Below, in pieces: positions 9,369-19,758 of a stretch of 64,000 nt of DNA. This DNA is from Candidatus Latescibacterota bacterium. GTDB lineage: Bacteria > Latescibacterota > UBA2968 > SICM01. Position 1 is the first letter of the stretch. Each line of letters opens with the position of its first letter. The stretch is taken from positions 96,001-160,000 of the forward strand of contig CBDCJO010000001.1 in NCBI GenBank assembly GCA_965217865.1, written 5' to 3'. A model generated the notes under the pieces. It was not told the origin of the DNA. It did no database searches and saw only the letters and a program-made list of their open reading frames with translations. The translations under genes and the position numbers were made by a program.

Positions 9369-10709
9369 ATGATGCTGCAAGAAACCCCGGCCCTGCGAGG
9401 TGCCCTCGAAGTCATCCGAATCCTCCGGGACAACGGATTTCGGGCTCTGTTTGCGGGGGGATGCGTTCGCGACATGGTGATGGGCATCCAGCCGCGCGAT
9501 TATGACGTGGCCACCGATGCCGGTCAGGACCAGGTTGTCCGCCTTTTTCCCAGGACTTGCGAGGTAGGCGCACAGTTCGGAGTCGTCCAGGTTCGGATTG
9601 GAGATTATCGATATGAAGTTGCTCGGTTCAGAAAAGACGTTTCTTATACCGACGGAAGACATCCCGACCGGGTTGTTTTCTCCGACGAACGGGAAGACGC
9701 ACTCCGACGTGACTTCACGCTCAACGGTATGTTCTTCGATCCGGTTGAAGATAGGATCATCGACTATGTCGGGGGGCAGGCCGATATCCGGGCAAGGGTC
9801 ATCCGATCCATCGATGATCCCAACCGTCGCTTCGCCGAGGACCACCTTCGCCTGTTGCGCGCCGTCCGATTCTCCGCCAGGTATCAGTATGCCATAGAAA
9901 ATGAAACCCTCGAAGCGATCCGGCGTCTGAGTCATAAGATCTTGACCGTCAGTGCGGAGCGCATCCGTGAAGAGCTCGTAAAAATCCTGAGGGAAGGCGG
10001 CGCACCCCTTGGGGTGCGGTTGATGATCGATCTTGGCCTGATGCAACATATCGCACTCGAGATTTGCGCAATGGCCGGGGTCCCACAGCCGAGGCAATAT
10101 CATCCTGAGGGGGATGTCCTCACCCATACCTTGATCCTGCTCGGTCTTATGCGCGAACCGTCTACGACTCTGGCGATGGGATCCCTGTTCCACGATGTCG
10201 GGAAACCCTCAACGTTCGAGGAGGTTGACCGAATCAGATTCAACAACCACCCGAAGGTTGGAGAAAAAATTACCAGAGACACTTGTGAGCGACTCCGGTT
10301 TTCATCAGAAGACACCGACAGAATCGCGGAACTGGTGAGAGACCATCTCAGGTTTATTCACGTCCGTGAAATGCGGAGCAGCACCTTAAAGCGATTCCTG
10401 CGGGGGGCGAACTTCGAAGAACACCTCGAATTGCATCGCCTGGATTGCCTCGCGAGCCACGGAGACCTTTCAAACTGGGCTTTCTGCAAGGAATCCCTCG
10501 AACGAATCGGTCCGGAGGAGATCCGTCCTCCTCCGCTGATCAACGGAGATGACCTGATTTCGCTCGGCTACAGCGCAGGGCCGTTTTTCAAGGTCGTCCT
10601 GAACGCCGTCGAAGATGCCCAGTTGGAGGGAAGCATCGTCTCCCGGGAGCAGGCCCTCGACCTTGTTCAAAAGGAATTCGAAAGGCTGGAAAAGGAATCG
10701 AAACCGTAA
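9369..10709 (+). CDS. cca: CCA tRNA nucleotidyltransferase with HD domain
   Basis: GGCVRD, DYDVAT, DALRRDFT, EDHLRLLRAVRF, SAERIREE, HDVGK. Confidence 0.88.
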   Translation: MMLQETPALRGALEVIRILRDNGFRALFAGGCVRDMVMGIQPRDYDVATDAGQDQVVRLFPRTCEVGAQFGVVQVRIGDYRYEVARFRKDVSYTDGRHPDRVVFSDEREDALRRDFTLNGMFFDPVEDRIIDYVGGQADIRARVIRSIDDPNRRFAEDHLRLLRAVRFSARYQYAIENETLEAIRRLSHKILTVSAERIREELVKILREGGAPLGVRLMIDLGLMQHIALEICAMAGVPQPRQYHPEGDVLTHTLILLGLMREPSTTLAMGSLFHDVGKPSTFEEVDRIRFNNHPKVGEKITRDTCERLRFSSEDTDRIAELVRDHLRFIHVREMRSSTLKRFLRGANFEEHLELHRLDCLASHGDLSNWAFCKESLERIGPEEIRPPPLINGDDLISLGYSAGPFFKVVLNAVEDAQLEGSIVSREQALDLVQKEFERLEKESKP

Positions 10710-10763
10710 GCCCCCTTCTGATCTGGGGGTCGAACCTGAATCTTGATACAAACCGAGGATCTC

Positions 10764-11405
10764 ATGGCTGATGAATTCGTGGAAGCCGGAGGTGAGGAAG
10801 AACTTATAGAAGAAGAAGAAGGGGGAGGCCTTTTTGATACGATAAAGAAATACCTCCCTCTTATAGGGGGGATCCTCCTCGTTCAGATCATCATTGGCTA
10901 TGCATTGTTGAAATGGGTTTTCAGCAGTCCTTCCACCCCACCGGCGACAGAGGAGATGGCGGCGGTGGGGGAACACGCGTCGGAAGATGGGGAGGAGCAG
11001 AAAAAGAAGGAGGAGAAGAAGAAAAAGAAGAAAAAGGAGGGGGAAGGGGGACTTGAACCGGTTGACGAAGTCGCGTTCATCTTCGACCGGCTTGAATCCG
11101 TGACCATCAATCCCGAAGGATCAAAGGGCAGGCATTACGCCCAAATACACGTCCACCTTGGCGTGGGTCACGTCGAAATAGAAGAAATAGCCCCCGAAGA
11201 TGTGATGAGGCTCCTGGAGTCCCGAAGGGCAAAAATCCTGGACACGATCATACGGGTTGCAACCACCAAATCCCTGGATGAACTCAATTCCCACAAAGGA
11301 AGGGACAGTCTCAAGGAGGAGATCCGAACCCGGGTCAATGAATTCTTAAGCGACGAACACGAAATCATCAAAGAGGTTTATTTTGCGTCGTTTACGACAC
11401 AATAA
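10764..11405 (+). CDS. fliL: FliL-family membrane protein
   Basis: Acidic N-terminus, single TM helix, then VTINP..S.GRHY...L...G...LK.EI...VN...IKEVYF.SFTTQ FliL signature. Confidence 0.75.
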   Translation: MADEFVEAGGEEELIEEEEGGGLFDTIKKYLPLIGGILLVQIIIGYALLKWVFSSPSTPPATEEMAAVGEHASEDGEEQKKKEEKKKKKKKEGEGGLEPVDEVAFIFDRLESVTINPEGSKGRHYAQIHVHLGVGHVEIEEIAPEDVMRLLESRRAKILDTIIRVATTKSLDELNSHKGRDSLKEEIRTRVNEFLSDEHEIIKEVYFASFTTQ

Positions 11406-12000
11406 GCGAAAAAATTCAACGATCTCCTCATCCCTTCTGCTCATCCTGCTTCTGAGCAGTAGTGGGTGGGATGGCCACGCCACGACCATCGCCCCCTTTA
11501 CATTCGACCAGGTGGTTGAAAAAGCCCAGGCGATCTGCCGGGTCAAGTGCGTCGAATGCAAAAGTGCTTGGGACGATCAAAAAAACACGATTTATACCAC
11601 AACCACATTTTATATCCTCGACCATATTAAAGGTGCGGCGGGGACCGATCAGGTCACCCTTTCTCTTCCCGGCGGCACGGTCGATGATACGACACTCACA
11701 ATACCCGGATTCCCCCTGTTTAACCCCGAAGACGAGTTGGTCATTTTTCTGACCGGTTCGGACCCGCGAGGATTTCAGTGGCCGGTGGGTATGACGCAGG
11801 GCATTTACCCGGTCTTTCAAGAGGCCAACGGCGCCTTGTCAATCATCCCCAAGACGGGGACCATCCTTACCAAACCCGCAGCAGGAACCCCGTCCCCCCC
11901 TCAGCCGATCCCACTCGATGCCTTCATCCTTATGATCCGGGAACGACTGGGGATGGACGCGCCCCTGGGGGAAGATGGATCGGCCTCTTCTCCTAGGTGA
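11383..12000 (+). CDS. Secreted hypothetical protein (start uncertain)
   Basis: Signal peptide then ATT...TFDQVVEKA..I....TYTT...LPGG.V.....IPG.P.F...DELVIFL...PVGMTQG. Confidence 0.65.
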   Translation: MRRLRHNKRKNSTISSSLLLILLLSSSGWDGHATTIAPFTFDQVVEKAQAICRVKCVECKSAWDDQKNTIYTTTTFYILDHIKGAAGTDQVTLSLPGGTVDDTTLTIPGFPLFNPEDELVIFLTGSDPRGFQWPVGMTQGIYPVFQEANGALSIIPKTGTILTKPAAGTPSPPQPIPLDAFILMIRERLGMDAPLGEDGSASSPR

Positions 12001-12015
12001 ACCTTCCTGGGGGGC

Positions 12016-13200
12016 TTATTTTTTCCCAAGGGCTTGATCCAGATCCGCGATCAGGTCCTCCGCATCTTCGACACCCACGGAGTATCGTAGCAGCTCATCC
12101 GGGATGCCTACATCCAGACGCTCCTCTCGTGATAATTCATAGTACGAGATCGTCGCCGGATGCGACACGATGCTCTCTACCCCGCCCAAACTCGCCCCGA
12201 TATACGGCACCTTCAACCCATCCATGACCCGTAACGTCTCCTCCAGACCTCCGTCCACATCCCAACTGACCACGCCCCCGAATCCCGACATCTGTTCTTT
12301 CGCAATATCGTGGTGCGGGTGGCTTTTAAGGCCGGGATAATAGACACGACGGATCTTCGGATGCTCTTCGAGAAACTCGGCGATTTTTTGAGCTGTTTCG
12401 TTCTGGCGCGCCATCCGGAGAGGGAACGTCTTGAGCCCCCGGATCAGAAGATATGCGCAGTGAGGATCGATCGTTCCCCCCAAAATACCTCGGAAGTCTT
12501 TGATCGCAGAGACGAGCCCGGCGGGACCCAGAATAACGCCCGACATAATATCGTTGTGACCCGCCAGGTACTTGGTCGCGCTGTGGATGACCAGGTCGAC
12601 ACCGAACTCCAGGGGCCGCTGGTTGAACGGCGTTGCGAACGTGCTGTCGATGATCACCTTGACGCGGCGAGGTTTGGTGATCGCCACAAGCCGGTGAAGA
12701 TCCAGGACGTTCAGGTGAGGATTCGTCGGAGACTCCGTCACAAGCACACGGGTGTTTGGCCGGATCAGTTTCTCGATGGACTCATAGTCTCCGGGAAGTA
12801 CGAATGTCACGTCGATCCCGAATCGTTTGAGCACCTGCTCCCCGAACTGCCTCGTCTTCCGGTAGCAGTCATCCAGAATAATGGCATGCTGGCCTTTTGA
12901 AAGCATCGCTAGGAGGGTCGTTGTCACTGCATTCATGCCGGATGCGAAAAGCAACCCGTCCTCCGCTCCTTCCATCTCCGCCAGTTTCAGTTCGGCCGTC
13001 CGCTGTGTCGGGTTCCCATAGCGGCCGTAATCGATCCGCTCAATACGGCCGGATATAAAATCATCAACCTCTCCACTGTCGCGAAATGCGTATGTGGAGG
13101 TCTGGATGATCGGTGTCGTCAGCGAGTTTCCCGACTTGAACTTCTCCTCTCCCCCGTGAACGGCGAGGGTTGAGGGTCGTTTTTTGGGGTCGTTGGACAT
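12016..13200 (-). CDS. metB: Cystathionine gamma-synthase (PLP-dependent trans-sulfuration enzyme), plant-type-like
   Basis: YGRYGNPT, FASGM, DCYRKTR, ESPTNP, DSTFATP, HSATKYLAGHND, SLGGVES; SAM riboswitch upstream. Confidence 0.85.
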   Translation of the reverse strand: MSNDPKKRPSTLAVHGGEEKFKSGNSLTTPIIQTSTYAFRDSGEVDDFISGRIERIDYGRYGNPTQRTAELKLAEMEGAEDGLLFASGMNAVTTTLLAMLSKGQHAIILDDCYRKTRQFGEQVLKRFGIDVTFVLPGDYESIEKLIRPNTRVLVTESPTNPHLNVLDLHRLVAITKPRRVKVIIDSTFATPFNQRPLEFGVDLVIHSATKYLAGHNDIMSGVILGPAGLVSAIKDFRGILGGTIDPHCAYLLIRGLKTFPLRMARQNETAQKIAEFLEEHPKIRRVYYPGLKSHPHHDIAKEQMSGFGGVVSWDVDGGLEETLRVMDGLKVPYIGASLGGVESIVSHPATISYYELSREERLDVGIPDELLRYSVGVEDAEDLIADLDQALGKK

Positions 13201-13218
13201 AAATTTCCTCGATTCGAC

Positions 13219-13247
13219 AAAAAAAACCTCCGCTAAAAAGCAGAGGC
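13219..13247 (-). terminator. Intrinsic terminator in the metB leader (riboswitch expression platform)
   Basis: Minus strand GCCTCTGCT-TTTT-AGCGGAGGT followed by a T run. Confidence 0.85.
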
Positions 13248-13293
13248 TATATCTCGGCCATCCCGGAGGATGGAGTTTGAAAAACCAGCTCGA

Positions 13294-13342
13294 CTTTTTA
13301 GCGAGTTATTTAGAGTGGCTGCAATATGCCACAAATCACCAC
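13294..13342 (-). ncRNA. SAM-II (SAM_alpha-type) riboswitch aptamer
   Basis: Minus strand GTGGTGATTTG..TTGCAGCCAC..TAAA..CGCTAAAAAG fits the SAM-II consensus; lies upstream of a methionine gene. Confidence 0.85.
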
Positions 13343-13363
13343 TGCAACTAACTGCTCATCCAG

Positions 13364-13392
13364 AATTTAACAAAAAACAAGAATAATGTCAA
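13364..13392 (-). promoter_or_regulatory. Sigma70-type promoter for the metB leader
   Basis: TTGACA-N17-TAAATT on the minus strand, about 20 nt before the aptamer. Confidence 0.7.
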
Positions 13393-13574
13393 CCTCTTGG
13401 ACCTCCCAGGGGGTTGCTTCATGCAACAAATTCATCTTCAATTTGCATTTTGCACTTTCCTTCCCTGACCCTGCCCTTTCCCGCCACTACCGCCAGCTAC
13501 CCCCTTTTGCCGTCTCACTCTCACATCTCACGTTCACGGCTTTTCTTTTCTCCGACTTTTTCATTTTCTATTTT

Positions 13575-14918
13575 TCATTTTCCATTTCCCGTTATCGCCT
13601 GGAACACGCGATCCCGTACCTGATCGTATTTTGCAGGCATTTCAATCGGACGGTTGACGTACCTGGGTTCGACACCAAGGTCCCGCAGCCGATCTTCGTG
13701 ATAGGCGACCTTGAAATCTGTGAACTTCAGGCCGTGGGCCGTGGATATCACCACGACGCGCTCCCCGGGCCGCACGTCCCCACGTTCGACGAGTTTTAAT
13801 AACGCTGCGAACGCCACCCCGGTGTGAGGACAGCAGTACAGGCCCGTCTTATCCGCCATTGCGACCGCATTTGCCAGTTCATCCTCGCTGGCCTGCTCTA
13901 CGACCCCGTTGAAGATCCGGAGCACCCGGATGGCCTTTTCAGCGCTGACCGGGTCGCCGATCTGAATTGCAGAGGCCAGGGTTTGATTTGCGTGAATGGG
14001 CTCGAAACGATCGAAATTATTCAGGTAGCTCCGATAAAGTGGATTTGCATTCGCGCTCTGCGCAACCGCAATGCGGGGGAGTCGATCGATAATTCCCATA
14101 TCCCGCATCTCCAGAAATCCTTTTCCGAGGGCACTCACATTCCCAAGGTTCCCACCGGGAATAATGATCCACTCAGGGACTTCCCAGTCGAATTGCTGAA
14201 CGAGCTCCACGCTCACCGTCTTCTGTCCCTCCACCCGGAGGGAGTTCATCGAGTTTGCGAGGTAAATATTCTCACGATTGCATATCTCACGAACGATCCG
14301 CATGCAGCCGTCAAAATCGGTGTCCAGGCTGATGACGATGGCGCCGTTTGCCATCGGTTGGACAAGCTGGGCTGTGGAAACCTTGTGGCGGGGAAGGAAA
14401 ACGATCGTCCGGATCCCGGCGGCCGCCCCGTACGCCGCCAAGGCAGCGGAGGTATCGCCTGTGGAAGCGCAGGCCACCGCAGGGATCGATTTCCCCTCCG
14501 CGATCATCTGTTTGACCATAGAGACCAGGACTGTCATCCCGAGGTCCTTGAAAGATCCCGTATGACTGTTTCCACACTGTTTTACCCAGAGTTCTTTGAT
14601 CCCGATCTCATCACCAAGTCTTTCCGCCCAGAAGAGATTGCTTCCCCCCTCAAACAAAGAGACGACATTATCGTCCTCCACGGAGGGGCATACCATCTCT
14701 TTCTTACCCCAGATTGAACTCCCATAAGGCCAATCGGTCTTCATGAACCGCTGGTCAAACAACTTCTGCCAATTCTTCCCGGATTTCGTGCGGAGCGCAT
14801 CGATGTCGTGTTTGACCTCGAGAAGCCCCCCGCATTCAGAACATTCGTAGACGATCTCATTCAGACCGTATCGAACGTCGCACCCGGATGCACACTGGAA
14901 CCAGGCCTTGTAAGACAT
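13575..14918 (-). CDS. thrC: Threonine synthase, plant-type-like
   Basis: [59 protein letters not shown]. Confidence 0.92.
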   Translation of the reverse strand: MSYKAWFQCASGCDVRYGLNEIVYECSECGGLLEVKHDIDALRTKSGKNWQKLFDQRFMKTDWPYGSSIWGKKEMVCPSVEDDNVVSLFEGGSNLFWAERLGDEIGIKELWVKQCGNSHTGSFKDLGMTVLVSMVKQMIAEGKSIPAVACASTGDTSAALAAYGAAAGIRTIVFLPRHKVSTAQLVQPMANGAIVISLDTDFDGCMRIVREICNRENIYLANSMNSLRVEGQKTVSVELVQQFDWEVPEWIIIPGGNLGNVSALGKGFLEMRDMGIIDRLPRIAVAQSANANPLYRSYLNNFDRFEPIHANQTLASAIQIGDPVSAEKAIRVLRIFNGVVEQASEDELANAVAMADKTGLYCCPHTGVAFAALLKLVERGDVRPGERVVVISTAHGLKFTDFKVAYHEDRLRDLGVEPRYVNRPIEMPAKYDQVRDRVFQAITGNGK

Positions 14919-15014
14919 ATAACCCCCAAATACAGAAGTCAGAATACAGAATACAGAATCCAGAAGTCAGGAGACAGAATTCAGAAGGAAAAGGCAAATA
15001 GTTGAATACAAAGG

Positions 15015-15872
15015 TTAGAATCCGGAAGAAAGGGGTTTTTCTTCTCCTGGACTCTGACTCCTGGATACGGTGTTCCGGCGAGGTGGCGTGGACGGACTTC
15101 CTTCATCCTTAATCCCTTCCACCCCCCCCGCTATTATCCATCCTCCAAGCCCGGATGGCAGACGGACAAGATGCCATACCCCCTCGGATCGTTCAATGAT
15201 AACCTTTGTCCCTTCGTGGAGCGTAAATACCTTCAGGTATTGATCTCCGGGGCCGCTGCGCCCATCGGCCTCGCTCACCATAACGATGGCCGCCTGCTCG
15301 AATTCCCTGGAATGAATCTTGAACGCCAGGGTCGTCCCGCACAGAAAAAACAGTCCGCCGAAGAATACCAGGAGCCCTATCCAGAACGCCCGGTTGCCCC
15401 GATCGGGCAGAAACATCCTCCCGATAAGGGCCGCGGCCAGGCCGAACAGACAGGCCCCGAACAATACCGAAATCCCATCCGGGCTGATTGAATTGAATAG
15501 CCGCTGTCCGAATCGGGTGATCGCGTTGACCTCCCCCTCGGACGGTTTGTCGACTTTTAGGAGATTTGCAAACTGAAGATTTGACGCAACATCCTCATCG
15601 TCGGTCATCATCCGCTGTGCTCGTTCGTAGGCCAGGATGGCCCTGCCGAGTTGGTTCAGTTTAAAATACGCGTTGCCGAGGTTGTAGTATATCTTCCCGT
15701 TCCGAACGCCTGATGCGAGGGCCCGCTCGTAAGCCTTGACCGCCCGGGCGTAATCCCCTTCCTTGTACCGAGCGTTTCCTTCGTTGTAGAGCCGGGCAAC
15801 AAGCGTGTCCGCGTCCGCCGACTTCACGATGGAAAGGCAGAGCGGCAGTATGACCAGAAACCGGGCAATCAT
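15015..15872 (-). CDS. batE: BatE-like TPR + TM + SH3 protein
   Basis: TPR (YYNLGNAYFK), two TM helices, RSGP..LHEGTKV...GWI SH3-like end; last gene of the Bat operon. Confidence 0.8.
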   Translation of the reverse strand: MIARFLVILPLCLSIVKSADADTLVARLYNEGNARYKEGDYARAVKAYERALASGVRNGKIYYNLGNAYFKLNQLGRAILAYERAQRMMTDDEDVASNLQFANLLKVDKPSEGEVNAITRFGQRLFNSISPDGISVLFGACLFGLAAALIGRMFLPDRGNRAFWIGLLVFFGGLFFLCGTTLAFKIHSREFEQAAIVMVSEADGRSGPGDQYLKVFTLHEGTKVIIERSEGVWHLVRLPSGLGGWIIAGGVEGIKDEGSPSTPPRRNTVSRSQSPGEEKPLSSGF

Positions 15873-17723
15873 CTATATCTTCCGCTCAAGGGCTTCGATA
15901 ACCGCTTCCGTCTCCTGGTAAACGCGGTCCATCTCGCCGTCCTGGACCATCGTGGGTGAAAATCTGGCGAAGTCACACCGATCGAAAATATCGCGAACCA
16001 GAGCGACAAGTTCGGCGTCCACCCGTTTCTCCAACATATATTCGGATACGGTTTCCCCGGTCAACCCCGCGGCGGGTATGTTCAGCCGATCGGCCAGAAA
16101 CTGCGACAGCGCCCGGTAGACTTCGGCGTGGAATGCGGGACCCTCACCATCCTTCAGGTTTTTCCTGGCGGCCTTCAGGCGTCTTGCGGCCTCCCCCTTG
16201 GAGCGCCTTCGGCGCGCATAGGCCACGTCCCCGCGGATTCGCTCCTGGCGGCGACGATAGAACACAGCCGCGGCGACCGCAAGAAAAGGCAACGTCTGAA
16301 CCGAGAGATAAACCCAGCTCTGATACAGCGCCCGGCTCTGGTCCTCAAGATCCCCGGCGTCCGCTTTGATATGACGAATGTCCCGTCCCACCTGAGTCAC
16401 TTCCTCCCGTGCGAGCCGAAAGTTCCCATATTCTTCGGGGGACCGCTTCCTGGGGGAAACAGAGATCCGGATCGGCGCCGGAGAGGAGCTGATGTACTCC
16501 CCCTTCCGGGGGTCGAAGGAGACGAACTCAAATCTGGGCAACGCGATCGAACCCGCGCGTTTGGGAATAACCACATATTCGAAAATCTTGCTCCCGCCAA
16601 TTCGGTTCCCGGTCTTCTGGATCGACTTGCTCACTTTAGGGTCGTAGATCTTGAAATCCCGCGATTCAGGACGTGCGGTTTCCCGTACCGTTTCCAGGTT
16701 GCCGGTTCCCGACACGGTCAGCTTTAAGGAGATCGGGTCCCCCGCAACAACCGATTTCGGGGTCGCGGACAGCCGCATGCGATACTCTCCCACGGCCCCA
16801 CGGAACCCCGCAGGGGCCCCGGGCGGAAGAGGCTTCACCTGGATCGTCAGGGGTTCGCTTCGAACGGTCACGCGTTGGACCCGACCGAATATATCAAAAT
16901 CGTCAAAGTCGAAGTCGAACAGCAGACTCCGGCGCCTTGTTCGAACAGGGATGTCGCAACCGATCTCCATCTGATCAAGTGATTTCTTTCCAGAGCTTGT
17001 GGGAAAGAGGGCGATCCGCTTCAGAATAGCGGCGTTGAACGCAATCCCGTCGCGAACCTCTCGTCGTAAATCAAGCTTCTGTGCATCAAACATGGCCTCC
17101 GCCCAGAAACCGGTGTAGGTGAGGGCTTTACCGTACTGGACATTCCGAAGTTGATAACGAGAATATAACTTGTAGATAAGCGTGACCTGTTCTCCCACAT
17201 AGGCCTGTTTCCGATCAGCGCTTACCTCCAGGAACAGATTCGCCTCCAGTTCTGCGACGTCCGTTGATGCCGGGGCCTGTTGAGGTACCGCCCCGGCACG
17301 ACTCCCGGGTGTTGTCCCTTCCGAGATAACCTCAACCGGGATCGGATTCGTGGCGTAAGTCTCTCCTTCATACCGGATCGAGGCGGCCTCAATTATGAAT
17401 GAACCCACACGGTTCGGCTGCAGGATATATATAAAATTCAAAGTCTTGGTCGCCTTCACCTTCCCATTGACAAACGAAATCTGCGTCGACGAGGAGGAAT
17501 TCCTTACCACGACTGTAAAATCGCTAAGGGGAGGCAGCTCAGGCTCCGGAACGGTTCCCAAACCTTCTCCAGTGACCGACAGCGTGAGAGTGATCTGATC
17601 CGACACGAAGGCCCGGGTTCGATCCACGGTAGCGGAGAAGGAGAGCGCTTCGGGAGACTGGGAAGGCACCAACGTCACCAAGAAGATAAAAAGCGCCGAT
17701 AACAAAAACGATGGCCTACCCAT
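15873..17723 (-). CDS. batD: BatD family protein
   Basis: Signal peptide, ATVDRT, SSTQISFVNG, YVGEQV, GAVG.Y, C-terminal TM, CDFARFSP. Confidence 0.85.
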   Translation of the reverse strand: MGRPSFLLSALFIFLVTLVPSQSPEALSFSATVDRTRAFVSDQITLTLSVTGEGLGTVPEPELPPLSDFTVVVRNSSSSTQISFVNGKVKATKTLNFIYILQPNRVGSFIIEAASIRYEGETYATNPIPVEVISEGTTPGSRAGAVPQQAPASTDVAELEANLFLEVSADRKQAYVGEQVTLIYKLYSRYQLRNVQYGKALTYTGFWAEAMFDAQKLDLRREVRDGIAFNAAILKRIALFPTSSGKKSLDQMEIGCDIPVRTRRRSLLFDFDFDDFDIFGRVQRVTVRSEPLTIQVKPLPPGAPAGFRGAVGEYRMRLSATPKSVVAGDPISLKLTVSGTGNLETVRETARPESRDFKIYDPKVSKSIQKTGNRIGGSKIFEYVVIPKRAGSIALPRFEFVSFDPRKGEYISSSPAPIRISVSPRKRSPEEYGNFRLAREEVTQVGRDIRHIKADAGDLEDQSRALYQSWVYLSVQTLPFLAVAAAVFYRRRQERIRGDVAYARRRRSKGEAARRLKAARKNLKDGEGPAFHAEVYRALSQFLADRLNIPAAGLTGETVSEYMLEKRVDAELVALVRDIFDRCDFARFSPTMVQDGEMDRVYQETEAVIEALERKI

Positions 17724-17768
17724 TCTAAATCCTGACTCCTATATTCTGAATTCCAGTGGCGCAACTCA

Positions 17769-17872
17769 ATTGAATATTGAATATCGAAAAAATGAATATT
17801 TGAAACACCTCAGGACTTCTTGTGGCCATATGGATCTCTTCGTATTTCAATCTTCAATCGTCGATCTTCAAT
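17769..17872 (+). repeat. MITE-like element, copy 1
   Basis: ATTGAATATTGAATATCG.AAA.TGAATATTTGAA..CTCAGGACT...TTCAATCTTCAAT; related copies at 21773, 23314 and 42539. Confidence 0.7.
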
Positions 17873-17946
17873 TTTCTCTGGCCTCCGACCTCTGGCCCCG
17901 TCAAATTTGCATTTTCCATCTTGCATTTTTCACTTTGCATTTCCCT

Positions 17947-18651
17947 TCACCATTCCTCCCCCACGTATCTGGGGCCTGTGACCACAGCCCGCCGCTTTTT
18001 TTGTGAATCCCGCTCCTTATTCTGAACTGCATCCAGGATGCGCTCGGCCTCCTCCTTTGTGAACTCTCCCTTTTCGCGGGGAGGGGACCTCTTTTCTTCT
18101 TCCTTCCTATCTTGGTTGTCGTCTTTTTGATCCCCGTCCTTATCATCGGGGTCATCCCCCCGACCATTTTTTTCATCCTGCTTTTCCTCTTCCCCCCCGC
18201 CTTTTTCCTCAGCTTTTTGTTCCTTCAGCTTTTCATAGGCCAGTTCAAGGTTATATTTAAAATCTCGGTCCTCGGGTTTTAAACTTAATGAACGTCGATA
18301 GGAGGCCACGGCTTCTTCGAAACGCTCTTTTTTAAAGAAACCGTTGCCAAGATTGTAATGCGTCTGCGCCTCGAGTTCCCGATCCCGGATCCCGAGTTCG
18401 AAGGCCTTCCTGTAGGCCTCTATCGCCTGGTCGTACGCCTCCTCCTGGTAGAGCGCATCACCGATGTTGAAGTGGATCTCAGGGGACTCCGGGTCGCTCA
18501 GTTGGGCGTCCCTGTAGAGTTTCAGCGCCTCTTCATATCGCTTTTCATGATATAAGCGGTTCCCCTCGTTGTTCTTTGATGGGGCGGAGTCTCCTAAACC
18601 CGTGCCAAGGAACCAGATGGCCACGCAGGCAAGAATTCGAATCAGGTTCAT
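17947..18651 (-). CDS. batC: BatC-like TPR protein
   Basis: TPRs (HFNIGDALY, HYNLGN), YNLELA, charged linker, EAERILDA, C-terminal W. Second Met chosen because the first 11 codons are heptamer repeat. Confidence 0.8.
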   Translation of the reverse strand: MNLIRILACVAIWFLGTGLGDSAPSKNNEGNRLYHEKRYEEALKLYRDAQLSDPESPEIHFNIGDALYQEEAYDQAIEAYRKAFELGIRDRELEAQTHYNLGNGFFKKERFEEAVASYRRSLSLKPEDRDFKYNLELAYEKLKEQKAEEKGGGEEEKQDEKNGRGDDPDDKDGDQKDDNQDRKEEEKRSPPREKGEFTKEEAERILDAVQNKERDSQKKRRAVVTGPRYVGEEW

Positions 18652-18698
18652 TGCATTTTCCATTTTGTACTTTGCATTTTGCATTTTCTCTCTGCCCG

Positions 18699-19724
18699 CT
18701 ACTCAAACCTTCCCCGCCACTCCCCTTTCAGCTTCCTGCGATCCGACAGAAAGGCCTCAGCTGCAAAACACATCACCGCCAGAACCAGAGGATATTGATA
18801 CCGGTCTTCGAACTGGGTCATTCGTTTGGAAGAAACCTCCCGCTGTTCCATGGTGGAGATATCATCGTAAACCCTGTCGAGCTCGATCCCGCTGGTTGTA
18901 CTCCGGTAGTACCTCCCGTCGGTGACCAGGGCCAGCTTCTCCAGGATGGTTTCGTCCATCCTGGACTTGACGAAACGTCCTTTCCTGTCCCTCAAGTAAT
19001 CCAAGGCCCCCCGCTCACCCCTTACCGGTATCAATTCTCCCTCCCGGGTTCCAACACCGATGGCGTAGATTCGAATCCCCTCTTCCGCGGCCTGGCGCGC
19101 GGCCTTCAACGGATCCCCTTCGAAGTCCTCGCCGTCGGTCACGAGAATCAGCACCTTGTATTTTTTCTCCTCCGGGTCAAACGCCTTGGCGGAAACCCGG
19201 ATCGCTTCACCGATCGCAGTGCCGTTTACCGGAATGAGCCCGGAATCGACGGCCTCGAGAAACAATTTGGCGGCACCGTAGTCGAGCGTCAACGGACACT
19301 GTACGAATCCCTGGCCTGCGAAAGCAACGATTCCGATCCGATCGCCGTCCAATTTGTCGATGAGCGTCCCGACCTCTCGTTTTGCCCGTTCCAGGCGATT
19401 GGGACGAATGTCCTCCGCCAACATGCTCAAGGATGTGTCCAGTGCCACCAGGATGTCCACACCTCTCCGGCGGACGATCTCTGTCTTCGTGCCAAACTGG
19501 GGTTGCGCCGCTGCAATGGTGAGGAAAAAAAGGCCGGCAAGAATCAGCCCCGCCTTGAAAACCTGACGCCCGGCACTAGTCGCCGCCATCAGCTTGTGGA
19601 CGAGCTCAAGATTACCGAACCGGCTCAAGGCTCGCTTTTTTCCCCGGAACGCCAAAAAGTAGAAAGCGGTAAATAGCGGCAAAAGCAGGAGCAGGTAAAA
19701 ATATTCAGGTGCTTCGAAACGCAT
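18699..19724 (-). CDS. batB: BatB-like VWA domain protein
   Basis: LDTSLSMLAED, PNRLERAK, CPLTLDY, TDGE MIDAS elements; C-terminal TM. Confidence 0.88.
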   Translation of the reverse strand: MRFEAPEYFYLLLLLPLFTAFYFLAFRGKKRALSRFGNLELVHKLMAATSAGRQVFKAGLILAGLFFLTIAAAQPQFGTKTEIVRRRGVDILVALDTSLSMLAEDIRPNRLERAKREVGTLIDKLDGDRIGIVAFAGQGFVQCPLTLDYGAAKLFLEAVDSGLIPVNGTAIGEAIRVSAKAFDPEEKKYKVLILVTDGEDFEGDPLKAARQAAEEGIRIYAIGVGTREGELIPVRGERGALDYLRDRKGRFVKSRMDETILEKLALVTDGRYYRSTTSGIELDRVYDDISTMEQREVSSKRMTQFEDRYQYPLVLAVMCFAAEAFLSDRRKLKGEWRGRFE

Positions 19725-19758
19725 GGTTTAGCATGGGCGCAATATGCGCCCCTCCATT

